Assembly: GCA_963760615.1 (NCBI GenBank)
Contig: CAVXDX010000012.1
Span: 3,338-67,337, forward strand
DNA length: 64,000 nucleotides
Direction: 5' to 3'
From: an uncultured Candidatus Micrarchaeota archaeon
GTDB lineage: Archaea > Micrarchaeota > Micrarchaeia > Burarchaeales > Fermentimicrarchaeaceae
Below are positions 53,914 through 63,741 of the stretch, piece by piece. Positions within the stretch are counted from its first letter, which is position 1. Each line of letters opens with the position of its first letter. A model generated the notes under the pieces. The model was not told where the DNA came from, searched no databases, and saw nothing but the letters and a program-made list of their open reading frames with translations. The translations under genes and the position numbers were made by a program.

Positions 53914-54251
53914 AGTTCGGCAGTATCATTATCCTGAATAAGCCTGCATACAAGTGAGCTGTTGACCTTCAGGCCCATCACGACATGCACGCACTGTTCC
54001 CTGAGGGAGGTTTCAGCTGCACAGTCCGACTCAGAAAGTGTTGAAATTGCTACTCTCATCACGCAATACTCCCGCAAGGTGGCATTCTGAACCTCCGCGC
54101 ACGTTGTGGTATTGCCATCCCTCAAAGCCAGTGTGGAGAAGCAGCTGTCCCTCACACCTGCATCCAGGGAATTCTCGCATATGGTGCGCATATCGGTTAG
54201 ATTGGAGCATCCAAGCAGCAGAATGGACAGCAGAAGGATTTTGAAATTCAT
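53892..54251 (-). CDS. Small secreted Cys-containing protein (lipoprotein-like signal)
   Basis: MNFKILLLSILLLGCSNL signal with a lipobox-like Cys. Confidence 0.3.
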   Translation of the reverse strand: MNFKILLLSILLLGCSNLTDMRTICENSLDAGVRDSCFSTLALRDGNTTTCAEVQNATLREYCVMRVAISTLSESDCAAETSLREQCVHVVMGLKVNSSLVCRLIQDNDTAELCRMRVM

Positions 54252-54343
54252 ATAGAGTATAATGCAGCTGAATTATTTAAAGCCTATAGCGCTATTTGGT
54301 ATTGAGAAGGAGTCCAGATTTTCACTGGCAAGCATGTCACAGG

Positions 54344-55084
54344 CTATATGAAACGCTGTAGCGCTTCCTCCTCCATGAAGTGGAGCTTGCCCGGTATCAC
54401 CAGTATGAAAGGCGGCTTCCCAAGCTGCTTTTTAGTAAGTTCCTCCGGCTTTCCATATGTTATCTTCTGCCCCTTGCTCCCAACCCTACTCAGCACTACT
54501 GCATGGAATTCACCAAGCCTCTTTTTTTCTTTCTCAATTGCAAGCAGTTGCTGGAGCGCTTCTGATGCCTCCATGCACCTCTCCTTGATATCGAGGAAGA
54601 CAACAGAATGCAGCCCCCTCTCCCTGTTCTCGGCTATAACCTCATAGCTGCTTGTGGGCTCATAGCCCTTGCTCCAGAGGGCGATGGTGCACGGCTTTCC
54701 AAGCTTATATGCCTGGAGGCCGCACTCGCCAATTGCAGCTGTGAGTATGGATGAGGAGTGCACCACGGCGGTTTCTATTCCTCTCTTCTCCGCGGAGAGC
54801 TTCAGCGATATGTGAGTTGTTGAGATAAGAGGATCGCCAGGAACAAGGAGTGCAACCTTCTTTGAGAGAGCCTCACTCAGTATCCTATCCTCCCCCTCAA
54901 CCTCCTCCCTGTTGAGGATGGTTATTTTCCTGCCCACAAGCTTCTCCAGCCTCTTGAGCGAGCCCTTCTCTCTGCTGCCAGTGTACTGCTCTGCAAATAC
55001 AACGTCGCAGCCCTTCAGCTCCTCCAGTCCCCTGAGGCTGACGTCTTTCTCGTCCCATATCCCCATTCCAATGAGCAGCAACAT
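54344..55084 (-). CDS. dph5: Diphthine synthase
   Basis: MLLLIGMGIWDEKDVSLRGLEELKGCDVVF...LVPGDPL is a tetrapyrrole-methylase fold with the Dph5 N-terminus. Confidence 0.8.
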   Translation of the reverse strand: MLLLIGMGIWDEKDVSLRGLEELKGCDVVFAEQYTGSREKGSLKRLEKLVGRKITILNREEVEGEDRILSEALSKKVALLVPGDPLISTTHISLKLSAEKRGIETAVVHSSSILTAAIGECGLQAYKLGKPCTIALWSKGYEPTSSYEVIAENRERGLHSVVFLDIKERCMEASEALQQLLAIEKEKKRLGEFHAVVLSRVGSKGQKITYGKPEELTKKQLGKPPFILVIPGKLHFMEEEALQRFI

Positions 55085-55963
55085 TCACACACCAGCAAGC
55101 AGCCTCAGGGCATCCCTCACCCCTGGTGCCAGACCGAATATTATGAGTAGAAGCAGGATATAGATTTTCTCATCCCTCTGGTCATCTGAGGTTTCGACAA
55201 CCCAAACGGCAAGGGTTGAGAAGAGCACCTTCACAACATAGAATGCGAACATCGTCCCGAAGACTGTCCCCAGTGCCCCGCTGACGACATGCTGCTCAAA
55301 ATAGTTTCCGTTGAAAAGGTCTATCGCCACGTAGGAAGCAGCACCATCAAGCGAGTGGGAGAATATGACGAGAAGCTGCGACAGGCCAGCCTTCAGCTTC
55401 ACCCTTTCCAGTAGGAGCTTGCCGGAAAACAGGCCGATAAGAGAGAGCACAACAATGAGCAGGAAGTGCAGCCAGTTTTTCATGAGCGGCATGAGAAGTA
55501 TGATGTGCGGAAGGAGCAGCACCAGCGCAAACAGCGGGAGGAGGTCCATCCTCTTTATTCTGTTGAAGAAGATTATTGAGAGAAATGTCAGCACACCTAT
55601 GACAACGTATATGCCTGGAGTTGCAGTGAGAAAGCCGTAGTCGTATACATGCAACCCGCCAACAAACCCGTACAGGCCAAAAAGTGCCGAGCTGTTCTGC
55701 AGGAACTGATTTGGAAGGCCTGAGAAGACTCCCCCAGTTGCATCGGTTACTACTCTCACAACAGAGCCAAGGATTATGAATGGTATGACGCGGAGGACAA
55801 ATCTATCATCCAGCTTGACTTTCTCCCTCTTGAGGATTTTGAAGAAGATGAACGCAAAGAACAGCGCAATGACTGCATAAACTAGAGTGTTGATTACATT
55901 GTAGCCAGTCCTGTCGTAAACCGGCTTTATGAAATATGAGTCAATGAATTCTACTACATCCAT
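55085..55963 (-). CDS. Polytopic membrane protein of unknown function
   Basis: About 8 predicted TM helices. Confidence 0.35.
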   Translation of the reverse strand: MDVVEFIDSYFIKPVYDRTGYNVINTLVYAVIALFFAFIFFKILKREKVKLDDRFVLRVIPFIILGSVVRVVTDATGGVFSGLPNQFLQNSSALFGLYGFVGGLHVYDYGFLTATPGIYVVIGVLTFLSIIFFNRIKRMDLLPLFALVLLLPHIILLMPLMKNWLHFLLIVVLSLIGLFSGKLLLERVKLKAGLSQLLVIFSHSLDGAASYVAIDLFNGNYFEQHVVSGALGTVFGTMFAFYVVKVLFSTLAVWVVETSDDQRDEKIYILLLLIIFGLAPGVRDALRLLAGV

Positions 55964-55964
55964 A

Positions 55965-56477
55965 TCATCGCTCCCACATCTCTATGAACCTATCCACTAT
56001 TGCATCAAGGAAACTGGTGCGGTAGGTGATTATCGCCTTTGCAATCTCATCTGGCTTCGCGAGGGAGTACAATACCTCCTTTCCAATTCTTTTCTTCCTT
56101 GCAAGTTTTGACTCCAGCATCTTGTCAAGGTACCAGGAGGTGGTAGCGGGTGAACGCTTGAGCTCTTCTGCTATTCTCTTGTGGTTGAGCTCTTTGTCTG
56201 TAAGAAGCATAATTGCAATATGTCGTATGGGTTTCTGCCTCAGGAGAGAGAGGAGCATCTTTTCCCTTTCTGTGAAAATTCCTATGGCATAATACCGCAC
56301 ATACTCCCCATCCTTCTTCTGGATTACCATGCTATCGTGGAGGAGGTTGGTGAGGTGGTACTGCAGCGTGCCCACAGGTAGCTTTAGATGCCGCTGTATT
56401 TCCCTGAAATGGCTTCCTGGGAAATGCAGGACGTGCTCATATATCTGCTGACGCTGCTCCAGACCCTGAACTCTCAT
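55965..56477 (-). CDS. Winged-helix transcriptional regulator (two wHTH-like halves)
   Basis: YEHVLHFPGSHFREIQRHLKLPVGTLQYHLTNL, and a second ...KPIRHIAIMLLTDKELNHKRIAEELKRSPATTSWYLDKM. Confidence 0.5.
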   Translation of the reverse strand: MRVQGLEQRQQIYEHVLHFPGSHFREIQRHLKLPVGTLQYHLTNLLHDSMVIQKKDGEYVRYYAIGIFTEREKMLLSLLRQKPIRHIAIMLLTDKELNHKRIAEELKRSPATTSWYLDKMLESKLARKKRIGKEVLYSLAKPDEIAKAIITYRTSFLDAIVDRFIEMWER

Positions 56478-56480
56478 ACT

Positions 56481-56750
56481 CTACTCCCTCACCACAGCAG
56501 AGAATATCAGGGCCAGCGTCAGAAAATCGAGTAGATTGGAAAGCAACATTGCGAATATGGACTGCTCACTTGTCAGTTTTATTAGGGTTCTTGCGAAATA
56601 GGCAACAAAAGCAAGCGAGACAAACAGTATAGTCCTCCTCCTGTTCTTCCTGTATGCCAGAAGTGATATGACAGCCAGCCCAAGGGCAAAGATGACTGTT
56701 GATACCTCCACCAGCAGGTTAAAGCCAGTTATGTATTCTTCCATATTCAT
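56481..56750 (-). CDS. Small membrane protein (89 aa)
   Basis: Hydrophobic ORF. Confidence 0.3.
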   Translation of the reverse strand: MNMEEYITGFNLLVEVSTVIFALGLAVISLLAYRKNRRRTILFVSLAFVAYFARTLIKLTSEQSIFAMLLSNLLDFLTLALIFSAVVRE

Positions 56751-56774
56751 CCCTCCAAAACGTTAACAATTTCC

Positions 56775-58208
56775 TCACTCAAACTTCCAGCTCGTTCCCT
56801 CCTTTTCATCGTTGAGGGCCACTCCCGCCTTCTTGAGCTCAGCTCTTATTTCATCTGAAGCCTTCCATTCCCCTTTCTTTCTGAGCTCCTCCCTTGCCTT
56901 TATGAGGATTGCCATCATCTTTTCAACCAGCTCTCCCCCAGCCCTCTTCTCCTCTGTGAGCTTCAGCCCGAGAATTCCGCCAAGCTCCTCAAACATCTTC
57001 AGAATCTTTTCCTTCAGCTCAGGACTCATTGAATCATTCTTTGATGTGAATGAATTCAGTTTTGTTGAGAACTCGAAAAGAGAGGCCAGCGCACTTGGTG
57101 TGTTGAAGTCGTCATCCATTGCCCTCTCAAACTCCTCTCTTATCTTTTTAATAAGCTTTTCTAACTCCTCACTCGCTGTTTTTGAAGGCTTGAGCCTCTT
57201 AAGAAGCAGGATGGAATTCTTCAAGCTCTCCAAGCTCCTCCTTGCCTGCTCCAGGTTCTTCTCGCTGTAGTCTATTGGGCTCCTGTAGTGCGTTGATGTG
57301 AAGAAGAAGCGCAAAGTATCCGCGTCATATTTCTCAAGCGCCTGGCGCAGCGTCACATAGTTACCCAGCGACTTGGACATCTTCTCTCCATTTATTGTGA
57401 GGAATTCGGTGTGGAGCCAGTACTTAACAAAGGGTTTCTTCCCAGTAAGTGCTTCTGCCTGCGCTATTTCATTCTCATGGTGCGGGAACTTCAAATCCCT
57501 CCCCCCTCCATGAATGTCAAGCTGCTCCCCGATGTACTTTGCAGACATCACTGAGCATTCAATATGCCAGCCTGGGAAGCCCTCCCCCCATGGGCTGGGC
57601 CACTTGAATGGGTCACTTTCCCTGGCTTTTTTCCACAGTGCGAAATCCTCTGGGTTTCTCTTGCCGGGATGCACCTCAAACCTCGTCCCTGCAGCCATCT
57701 CCCCCGGGTTTATCTTTGAGAGTTTCCCATAATCCTTGAACTTGGAGACATCGAAGAAGACATTGCCGTCAACCTCGTAGGCATACCCTTTCTCAATGAG
57801 CTTCTGCACTGCCTGAATCATGTCTATGATGTGCCCAGTCGCCCTCGGCGAGATGTCCGGCCTGATGACACCAAGGCTGTCCATATCCTTGAAATACTCC
57901 CGTATGTACTTTTCAACAAGCGCCATTGGCTGAATTTTCTCTTCGGTGGATTTCTTCCCGATTTTATCCTCTCCAGTATCCTCCCTCAGGTGGCCTACAT
58001 CTGTTATATTCTGTATATATGTAACTGAGAATCCCCTGTGCTTGAGCCAGCGCAGGATTATGTCAAACGCTATGTACGTTCTTGCGTGTCCTAGATGCGC
58101 CCAGTCATAGACTGTGGGGCCGCATACATACATCCCAACCCTTCCCTTCCTGAGAGGTATGAACTCCTCCAACTTTCCACTTAGGCTATTGTGCACTTTC
58201 AACGGCAT
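56775..58208 (-). CDS. cysS: Cysteinyl-tRNA synthetase; start at MPLKVHNSL (58208), not the track start
   Basis: HIGH motif ([10 protein letters not shown]), KMSKS (KMSKSLGN), and a Zn-binding Cys ([10 protein letters not shown]). Confidence 0.85.
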   Translation of the reverse strand: MPLKVHNSLSGKLEEFIPLRKGRVGMYVCGPTVYDWAHLGHARTYIAFDIILRWLKHRGFSVTYIQNITDVGHLREDTGEDKIGKKSTEEKIQPMALVEKYIREYFKDMDSLGVIRPDISPRATGHIIDMIQAVQKLIEKGYAYEVDGNVFFDVSKFKDYGKLSKINPGEMAAGTRFEVHPGKRNPEDFALWKKARESDPFKWPSPWGEGFPGWHIECSVMSAKYIGEQLDIHGGGRDLKFPHHENEIAQAEALTGKKPFVKYWLHTEFLTINGEKMSKSLGNYVTLRQALEKYDADTLRFFFTSTHYRSPIDYSEKNLEQARRSLESLKNSILLLKRLKPSKTASEELEKLIKKIREEFERAMDDDFNTPSALASLFEFSTKLNSFTSKNDSMSPELKEKILKMFEELGGILGLKLTEEKRAGGELVEKMMAILIKAREELRKKGEWKASDEIRAELKKAGVALNDEKEGTSWKFE

Positions 58209-58220
58209 CTGCTCACCCAG

Positions 58221-58291
58221 AGCCAGGAAGGGGAATCGAACCCCTCTATGCCGGTCTGCAGCCGGCCACATGGCCACTCTGTCATCCTGGC
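58221..58291 (-). tRNA. tRNA-Cys (anticodon GCA), 12 nt upstream of cysS on the same strand
   Basis: Acceptor GCCAGGA/TCCTGGC, anticodon stem GCCGG/CCGGC with loop CTGCAGA, T-arm GGGGTTCGATTCCCC. Confidence 0.75.
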
Positions 58292-58323
58292 GCGGAGTAT
58301 ATTTTGGTTAATTTGTTATTTAA

Positions 58324-59613
58324 TTACGTGCCCTCCTCCCAGGAGCGCGCATACCTCTCCTGCTCCTTGCTGGGCTTGGAGAGTTTTATTCCCTTTGCTG
58401 CGAGGGCAAGCTCCGCAACTACGTCGTCTATGCTTCTGGGAACCGAGATTACCTTTGCAGGAAGCTTTTTTTTCAATATGAACTCCAGGCTCAATGCCTG
58501 AATTGCGAAGCTTCCATCCATTATTTCTATTGGGTGGCCCTGCCCTGAAGGCCTTGCAAGGTTGACGAGCCTTCCCTCAGAAAGCAGGTACAGCTTCTTT
58601 CCATTCTTCAGGGTGAAGCGCTCCACGTTCTCCTTAACTCTCTCCCTCTTTTCAGAGAGCTGCTCCAGCCCCTTTAGGTCTATCTCATTGTTGAAATGCC
58701 CTGCGTTTGCGAGTATTGCGCCATCCTGCATCTTCTCGAAATGCTTCTTGGTTATGACATCTACATTTCCAGTTGAAGTTATGAAGAGCTCTCCCTCTCC
58801 CGCTGCCTCATCTAGGTTCATCACCCTGAAGCCACTGTAAAGAGCTTCAAGAGCCTTGTGCTGCCCTGCGGGACCCTCCTCTTTTCCAAGCCTGCCAGAA
58901 ACTTCAACAACTATAACATTTGCGCCGAGGCCTCTCATCCTTTCGCTTATGCCTCTTCCGCACCACCCAAAGCCAATCACGACAACAGTTTTTCCTGCCA
59001 CTAGCTTGTTAGTTGCGCGCATTATTGCATCAGCTGTGCTCTGGGCTGTGCCAAACCTATTGTCAAAAAGGAATTTTGAGTAAGCGTCATTCACTGCAAC
59101 AACTGGAAGCTTCAGTTTGCCCTCCCTCTCCATTGCCCTGAGGCGTGTCACCCCAGTTGTAGTCTCCTCGCAGGCACCCCTGATCCTCCCAAGCAGCTCC
59201 TTCCTCTTTGTGTGCACCATGAATATCTGGTCGCACCCATCATCAATCAACAGGTCGGGCTTGCGGTCAAGCACGCTGTTTATATTTTCGTAGTATTCCT
59301 TCTCATTTTCACCAGCCCATGCATAGACATGCATGCCTTCCCCAGCAAGCGCAGCAGCCACTCTGTCGTCAGTAGTCAGCGGATTGCAGCTTGCCGCAGC
59401 TATGCTTGCACCTCCTTCCTTGAGAGTTTCAAGTAGCACGCCCGTCTTCTTCTCAAGGTGCAGGCACACCCCTATGGTGATTCCCTTGAATGGCTTCTCC
59501 CTCTCAAACTTCTTCCCTATAATTGAAAGGAGAGGCATGTTCTCTCTGGCCCACTCCAGCTCCTCCCTGCCTTCCTTTGAAAGCTTCGCATCTTTTATTC
59601 TGCTCATATCCAC
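58324..59613 (-). CDS. ahcY: Adenosylhomocysteinase (SAH hydrolase)
   Basis: Conserved N-terminus (...EGREELEWARENMPLL...), NAD-binding GFGWCGRGISERMRGLGANVIVVE, and overall AhcY architecture. Confidence 0.8.
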   Translation of the reverse strand: MDMSRIKDAKLSKEGREELEWARENMPLLSIIGKKFEREKPFKGITIGVCLHLEKKTGVLLETLKEGGASIAAASCNPLTTDDRVAAALAGEGMHVYAWAGENEKEYYENINSVLDRKPDLLIDDGCDQIFMVHTKRKELLGRIRGACEETTTGVTRLRAMEREGKLKLPVVAVNDAYSKFLFDNRFGTAQSTADAIMRATNKLVAGKTVVVIGFGWCGRGISERMRGLGANVIVVEVSGRLGKEEGPAGQHKALEALYSGFRVMNLDEAAGEGELFITSTGNVDVITKKHFEKMQDGAILANAGHFNNEIDLKGLEQLSEKRERVKENVERFTLKNGKKLYLLSEGRLVNLARPSGQGHPIEIMDGSFAIQALSLEFILKKKLPAKVISVPRSIDDVVAELALAAKGIKLSKPSKEQERYARSWEEGT

Positions 59614-59712
59614 CCTCCAATATGTTTATACGTTCTATTCTAAAAACTTCTCTCTCACTATAGACAATGTTATATACTAGCTCAAATATAACCGAGTTTT
59701 ATTTAAAACTGT

Positions 59713-60117
59713 TTGTTCAAAAATAACTTGGGTGACCCTATGATGATGCCATGCGAGGTTATAGTGCGCTACTACCTGCCTGCGATGAGGTACAGAATAG
59801 CTGATGAGCTTATGGAGAACTACGGCTGGACGCAGGTTGAGGTTTCTGAGAGGCTGAGGATAACGCAGGCTGCAGTGAGCAAGTACATGGGAGGGAAGCT
59901 CGATGAGAAGGCAAAGGAATTCTCCGAGATGAAGGAAGTGAAAGATGCAGCCAGGAGAATTGCAAAGGGGATTGCAGAAGAGAAACATAGGTCTGACTCC
60001 ATAGCAGAGCTTTGTATTGTATGCGGCAACCTGAGAAGAGAGGGGAAGCTGTGCAAGATGCATCTTAGCATGAAGAAGTTGAAGGAGTGCAACTGTAATA
60101 TATGCATTAGCAGGTGA
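59713..60117 (+). CDS. Predicted transcriptional regulator: HTH plus C-terminal Cys cluster
   Basis: HTH-like GWTQVEVSERLRITQAAVSKY. C-terminal CIVCGN...CKMH...CNCNIC. Confidence 0.4.
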   Translation: MFKNNLGDPMMMPCEVIVRYYLPAMRYRIADELMENYGWTQVEVSERLRITQAAVSKYMGGKLDEKAKEFSEMKEVKDAARRIAKGIAEEKHRSDSIAELCIVCGNLRREGKLCKMHLSMKKLKECNCNICISR

Positions 60118-60121
60118 ATGC

Positions 60122-60991
60122 TTGAAGCGCAAAAAGGATGGCAGTGAGGTTCTGGGGCTGGTATTTCACATATGCTTCTTCCTAGTTTCTGTATATCTAT
60201 TGCTGGTGCTACTCTCTCCGCTGCTCATCCAGTCAGACAACAGAATTCTCCTTGGGATGGGCGCAGTGAGCTACATCTCCAATGTTTTGATGTGCCACCA
60301 ACTCCCAGAGAGGAGCTTTGAGCTCTTCGGGCAGTACATGCCAATATGCTCAAGGGATATAGGTCTTTTCCTCGGGGTGTTTGTAGCATGCATCGTATCA
60401 TTTGCCAGCAAGCTTCCAAACTTCCTGAAAAGCAGCTGGCTCGCCATCCTAAGCGTAGTTCCTCTCGGCATTGACGGAGTGATGCAGCTCCTCGGCTTCT
60501 GGGAGAGCACAAACGAAATTAGACTCGCAACCGGGCTCCTTGCAGGCTTCTGCATCTCTTACTATGCAATAAAAGTTTTCATTGGCCAGCCCACGTGGGA
60601 TAGGGGCGCATTCACCGCACTACTGCTGCTCCTGCCTTTCCTTGCCATTCTGCTTGGAGCATCAATCTATATTGGGGGCAACTACCGAACAAAAGCGGAA
60701 ATATTATCTAGAGCAAAAGCAATAAATAACGCTACGGACATAAATATATTCTACATCGCGCCGAGAGCTTTCAGCTCCAGCATAGCCAGGGATGAGTACC
60801 TGAGAGGGTACAACGACACTGTGCTGGGCGATGTTGCAAGGATGAGAGGCGGCTCAAACCCGCAAGGGGTGTGGGTTGCAGTTGCTTCAAGCACCAGCAG
60901 TAACGGGAGGTATGTTTTCGCATCTGGGAACGGAAGCAATTATTTTTATGATGCTATGAGTGGGGAGCTCATAGCAGAATTTGAACATTGA
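60122..60991 (+). CDS. DUF2085-like membrane protein
   Basis: The CHQLPERSF motif is recalled as the DUF2085 signature. Polytopic. Confidence 0.45.
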   Translation: MKRKKDGSEVLGLVFHICFFLVSVYLLLVLLSPLLIQSDNRILLGMGAVSYISNVLMCHQLPERSFELFGQYMPICSRDIGLFLGVFVACIVSFASKLPNFLKSSWLAILSVVPLGIDGVMQLLGFWESTNEIRLATGLLAGFCISYYAIKVFIGQPTWDRGAFTALLLLLPFLAILLGASIYIGGNYRTKAEILSRAKAINNATDINIFYIAPRAFSSSIARDEYLRGYNDTVLGDVARMRGGSNPQGVWVAVASSTSSNGRYVFASGNGSNYFYDAMSGELIAEFEH

Positions 60992-61000
60992 GGTGAAAAT

Positions 61001-62623
61001 ATGAAGTATAAGAAGGGAACACATGAGAAACATGTTAAGCACGCAGCTAAGGAGATGCCTGTTGAACAGACCGCTCCAAAGAGTATGTTTGGGGAGCCTG
61101 TGACACTTGCATTGATTCTGGTTATAGTGGCATTGCTGTTGTACATAGGCTACAATGACTGGAGTAAACAACAAATACCCCCTGGCGGAAACAATACGGG
61201 CATCACGAATCAGACCCAACTCTCCAGGAAGGCAAATGTCACGCTTGAGCTCTTCGTAATGAGCAAATGCCCATACGGAGTACAGGCTGAGAGCACTGCG
61301 AAGAAAGTTATTGATGAGTTTGGCGGTGAGGTAAACCTTAGCCTGCACTTCATTGCAAGCAAGAATGCGGATGGGACATTCTCAAGTCTGCATGGAGACA
61401 CTGAGGTGCAGGAGGATTTGAGGCAGGTCTGCATAATCAAGTACTACCCAGACAGCATTGTCAATTATACCGCATGCGTCGCCAATGGATACCCGAATAT
61501 TGAGAATGTTTGGGAGAGCTGCGCATCGCAGAATGGCATTGATGCGAGTAAAATAAAAAGTTGCAGCACCAGCAATGAGGCGCTGGGGTTGCTTGGGGAT
61601 AACATAAAGAGAACGGACGAGCTGAATGTCCAATCCTCTCCAACAATCTACCTCAACGGCAAGCTGTATAACGGCGCCGCAAGCGAGGGGTCGCTCACCA
61701 AGGGCGTATGCACGGTTATACCAGGAAGCAACACATGCAAGAACCTTCCGCCCGAAGTTGCAGTGGGGCTTACTATTGTGAATGATAAAAACTGCATTGT
61801 CTGCGACACAAGTCAGATAGTTGGAGTGCTTCAGAGCAGATTTGAGATGAGCAATCTAACAGTTACAAATGTGGATTACTCAAGCGATGAGGGAAAGGCA
61901 TTGGTGCAGCAATTCAACCTCACAGGTGTCCCCGCCTATATTTTCAATGCCTCCATTGCAAGTCATAGCAGTTACAGCAGCCTGAGCCAGTACTTGCACA
62001 ATGTGGACTCTTCATATGTCCTCCTGGTGCAACCCGTCAAGCTTGTGAACGTGGTTGAGAGCAACAACACCCTCTCGCTATTCGTAATGAGCTGGTGTCC
62101 TTACGGCAATCTTGCGGAGAACGCAACGAAGGAGCTGCTCAGCGCAATACCAGATTTGAAGTTCACTGGCCTGTACTTCATTGCAAGCGAGAGCGGCAAC
62201 GGGACCTTCACGAGCCTGCACGGGCAGGGTGAGGTTGAGGAGGATTTGAGGCAGGTCTGCGTGATTAAGTACTACAACAGCAAGCTGTTCGACTACCTGA
62301 TGTGCATAGATGTATCCTCAACTAATTCGGCAAGCATCTGGCAGAAATGCGCCACAGACAATGGCATTGATGCAGCGAAGATTGGAAACTGCTCCACCAG
62401 TGACGAGGGTGTTGCTCTCCTAAAGGACAACATAAAGCTCTCAAACTCCATGGGCATCTACTCCTCGCCAACGCTGATACTGAACAACAGCACCATATTC
62501 AACTCGGTATCTGCGGAGCAGATGAGGCAGGTGGTGTGCGGCTACAACCCAGCTTTAACGGGCTGCAACAAGACGTTGAGCGGCCAAGGGAATACAGCGA
62601 CCCCAAGCGCTGGTTGCGGCTAG
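61001..62623 (+). CDS. N-terminally membrane-anchored exported protein with two tandem thioredoxin-fold (DsbA/Grx-like) domains
   Basis: Duplicated about 260-aa units, each with L(E/S)LFVMS(K/W)CPYG and LRQVC(I/V)IKYY plus conserved extra Cys pairs. TM helix near the N-terminus. Confidence 0.45.
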   Translation: MKYKKGTHEKHVKHAAKEMPVEQTAPKSMFGEPVTLALILVIVALLLYIGYNDWSKQQIPPGGNNTGITNQTQLSRKANVTLELFVMSKCPYGVQAESTAKKVIDEFGGEVNLSLHFIASKNADGTFSSLHGDTEVQEDLRQVCIIKYYPDSIVNYTACVANGYPNIENVWESCASQNGIDASKIKSCSTSNEALGLLGDNIKRTDELNVQSSPTIYLNGKLYNGAASEGSLTKGVCTVIPGSNTCKNLPPEVAVGLTIVNDKNCIVCDTSQIVGVLQSRFEMSNLTVTNVDYSSDEGKALVQQFNLTGVPAYIFNASIASHSSYSSLSQYLHNVDSSYVLLVQPVKLVNVVESNNTLSLFVMSWCPYGNLAENATKELLSAIPDLKFTGLYFIASESGNGTFTSLHGQGEVEEDLRQVCVIKYYNSKLFDYLMCIDVSSTNSASIWQKCATDNGIDAAKIGNCSTSDEGVALLKDNIKLSNSMGIYSSPTLILNNSTIFNSVSAEQMRQVVCGYNPALTGCNKTLSGQGNTATPSAGCG

Positions 62624-63442
62624 TCAGTCTATTGCCTCCTCAATCTCGCTATCTACTTTTATTTTTTTATTGAACTTCTCCAGAGTGAGCTTTGCTGCCT
62701 TCACGCCGCTTATGAGCATCGCTCCGTACAGCGGGCCCATTCTAGGCAGACCGCCAATTGAGTTGGAAGCCATCCCGCAGACAATCAATCCCGGGTAGAC
62801 TTCCCTCGTATTCTTTATTGTTGCCTTCTCAGCTTCCGCAGCCCACATGGAACCCTCCTTGGGGAATGGAATCTGTAGGTTGAGCTTCTCCCTCGCAATC
62901 CTCGCAACCTCCGCTCTGTGTCCAGTTGCATCTATGACCACCTTTGATTTCAGGGCAAGCGGGTCGACGCATGTTATGAAGTCTGGAAGCATGCTCACTG
63001 CATGCCAGTTCACCACGACTCCGTTTATGCCGTTCTCCCTGTATATTACATCCTTCACTTCCATCGAATTGAAACACTTGGCTCCTGCATCAAGGGCCGC
63101 CGCCAGCAACTTAAGTGAAACATGGGGCGAATCACTGACATAGACTCCTTTCTCATACTCCTCCATCTTAAAGCCGGTTTCCTCAACAAGCTTATGCGCT
63201 GGAGCTTCCACAACCATCTTGGGGAAGAGCATTCCTCCCTGCCACATCCCTCCACCCATCATTATGTTCCTCTCAATAATGAGCGTCTTCAAACCTCCTT
63301 TTGCAAGGTACCTTGCAGCGGTGATTCCGGCGGGACCGGAGCCAACAACTATCACATCGGATTCAACATATTTCAGAAAATCCTTCATGAATTCTCCAGC
63401 AATAGCTCGAGTTATCGTGGACTCGTCTACTTCTTTCATCAC
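62624..63442 (-). CDS. thi4: Thi4-family thiazole biosynthesis protein
   Basis: FAD/NAD-binding DVIVVGSGPAGITAARYLAKGGLKTLIIER and Thi4 fold. Confidence 0.75.
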   Translation of the reverse strand: MMKEVDESTITRAIAGEFMKDFLKYVESDVIVVGSGPAGITAARYLAKGGLKTLIIERNIMMGGGMWQGGMLFPKMVVEAPAHKLVEETGFKMEEYEKGVYVSDSPHVSLKLLAAALDAGAKCFNSMEVKDVIYRENGINGVVVNWHAVSMLPDFITCVDPLALKSKVVIDATGHRAEVARIAREKLNLQIPFPKEGSMWAAEAEKATIKNTREVYPGLIVCGMASNSIGGLPRMGPLYGAMLISGVKAAKLTLEKFNKKIKVDSEIEEAID

Positions 63443-63464
63443 AGTCTCACCTCCAATGAGAACT

Positions 63465-63692
63465 CTATAAGCTTATCGCGTGCACAGGGCAGTTGTCAGC
63501 TGCCGCCTTACAATCGCATTTCTTGCATCCCTTTGGGTTGTATGCTTCGGACTTGCCATCGCTGCCAATTCGGAATACATCTGGGCAAAGCGAGACGCAA
63601 GCTCCGCAGCCTATGCATGTTTCCTTGTCAACTTTCACTGCCATCGGATTACCTCCATATTTAAATATAACTGAGTTATATATATCTGACAA
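63465..63692 (-). CDS. 4Fe-4S ferredoxin (75 aa)
   Basis: CIGCGACVSLCP and C..C..C...CP motifs are present. Confidence 0.65.
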   Translation of the reverse strand: MSDIYNSVIFKYGGNPMAVKVDKETCIGCGACVSLCPDVFRIGSDGKSEAYNPKGCKKCDCKAAADNCPVHAISL

Positions 63693-63741
63693 TATTTCTT
63701 ATGGATGAATGTTTTTAAAAGGATTGGTGGGAAGTGAGCTT

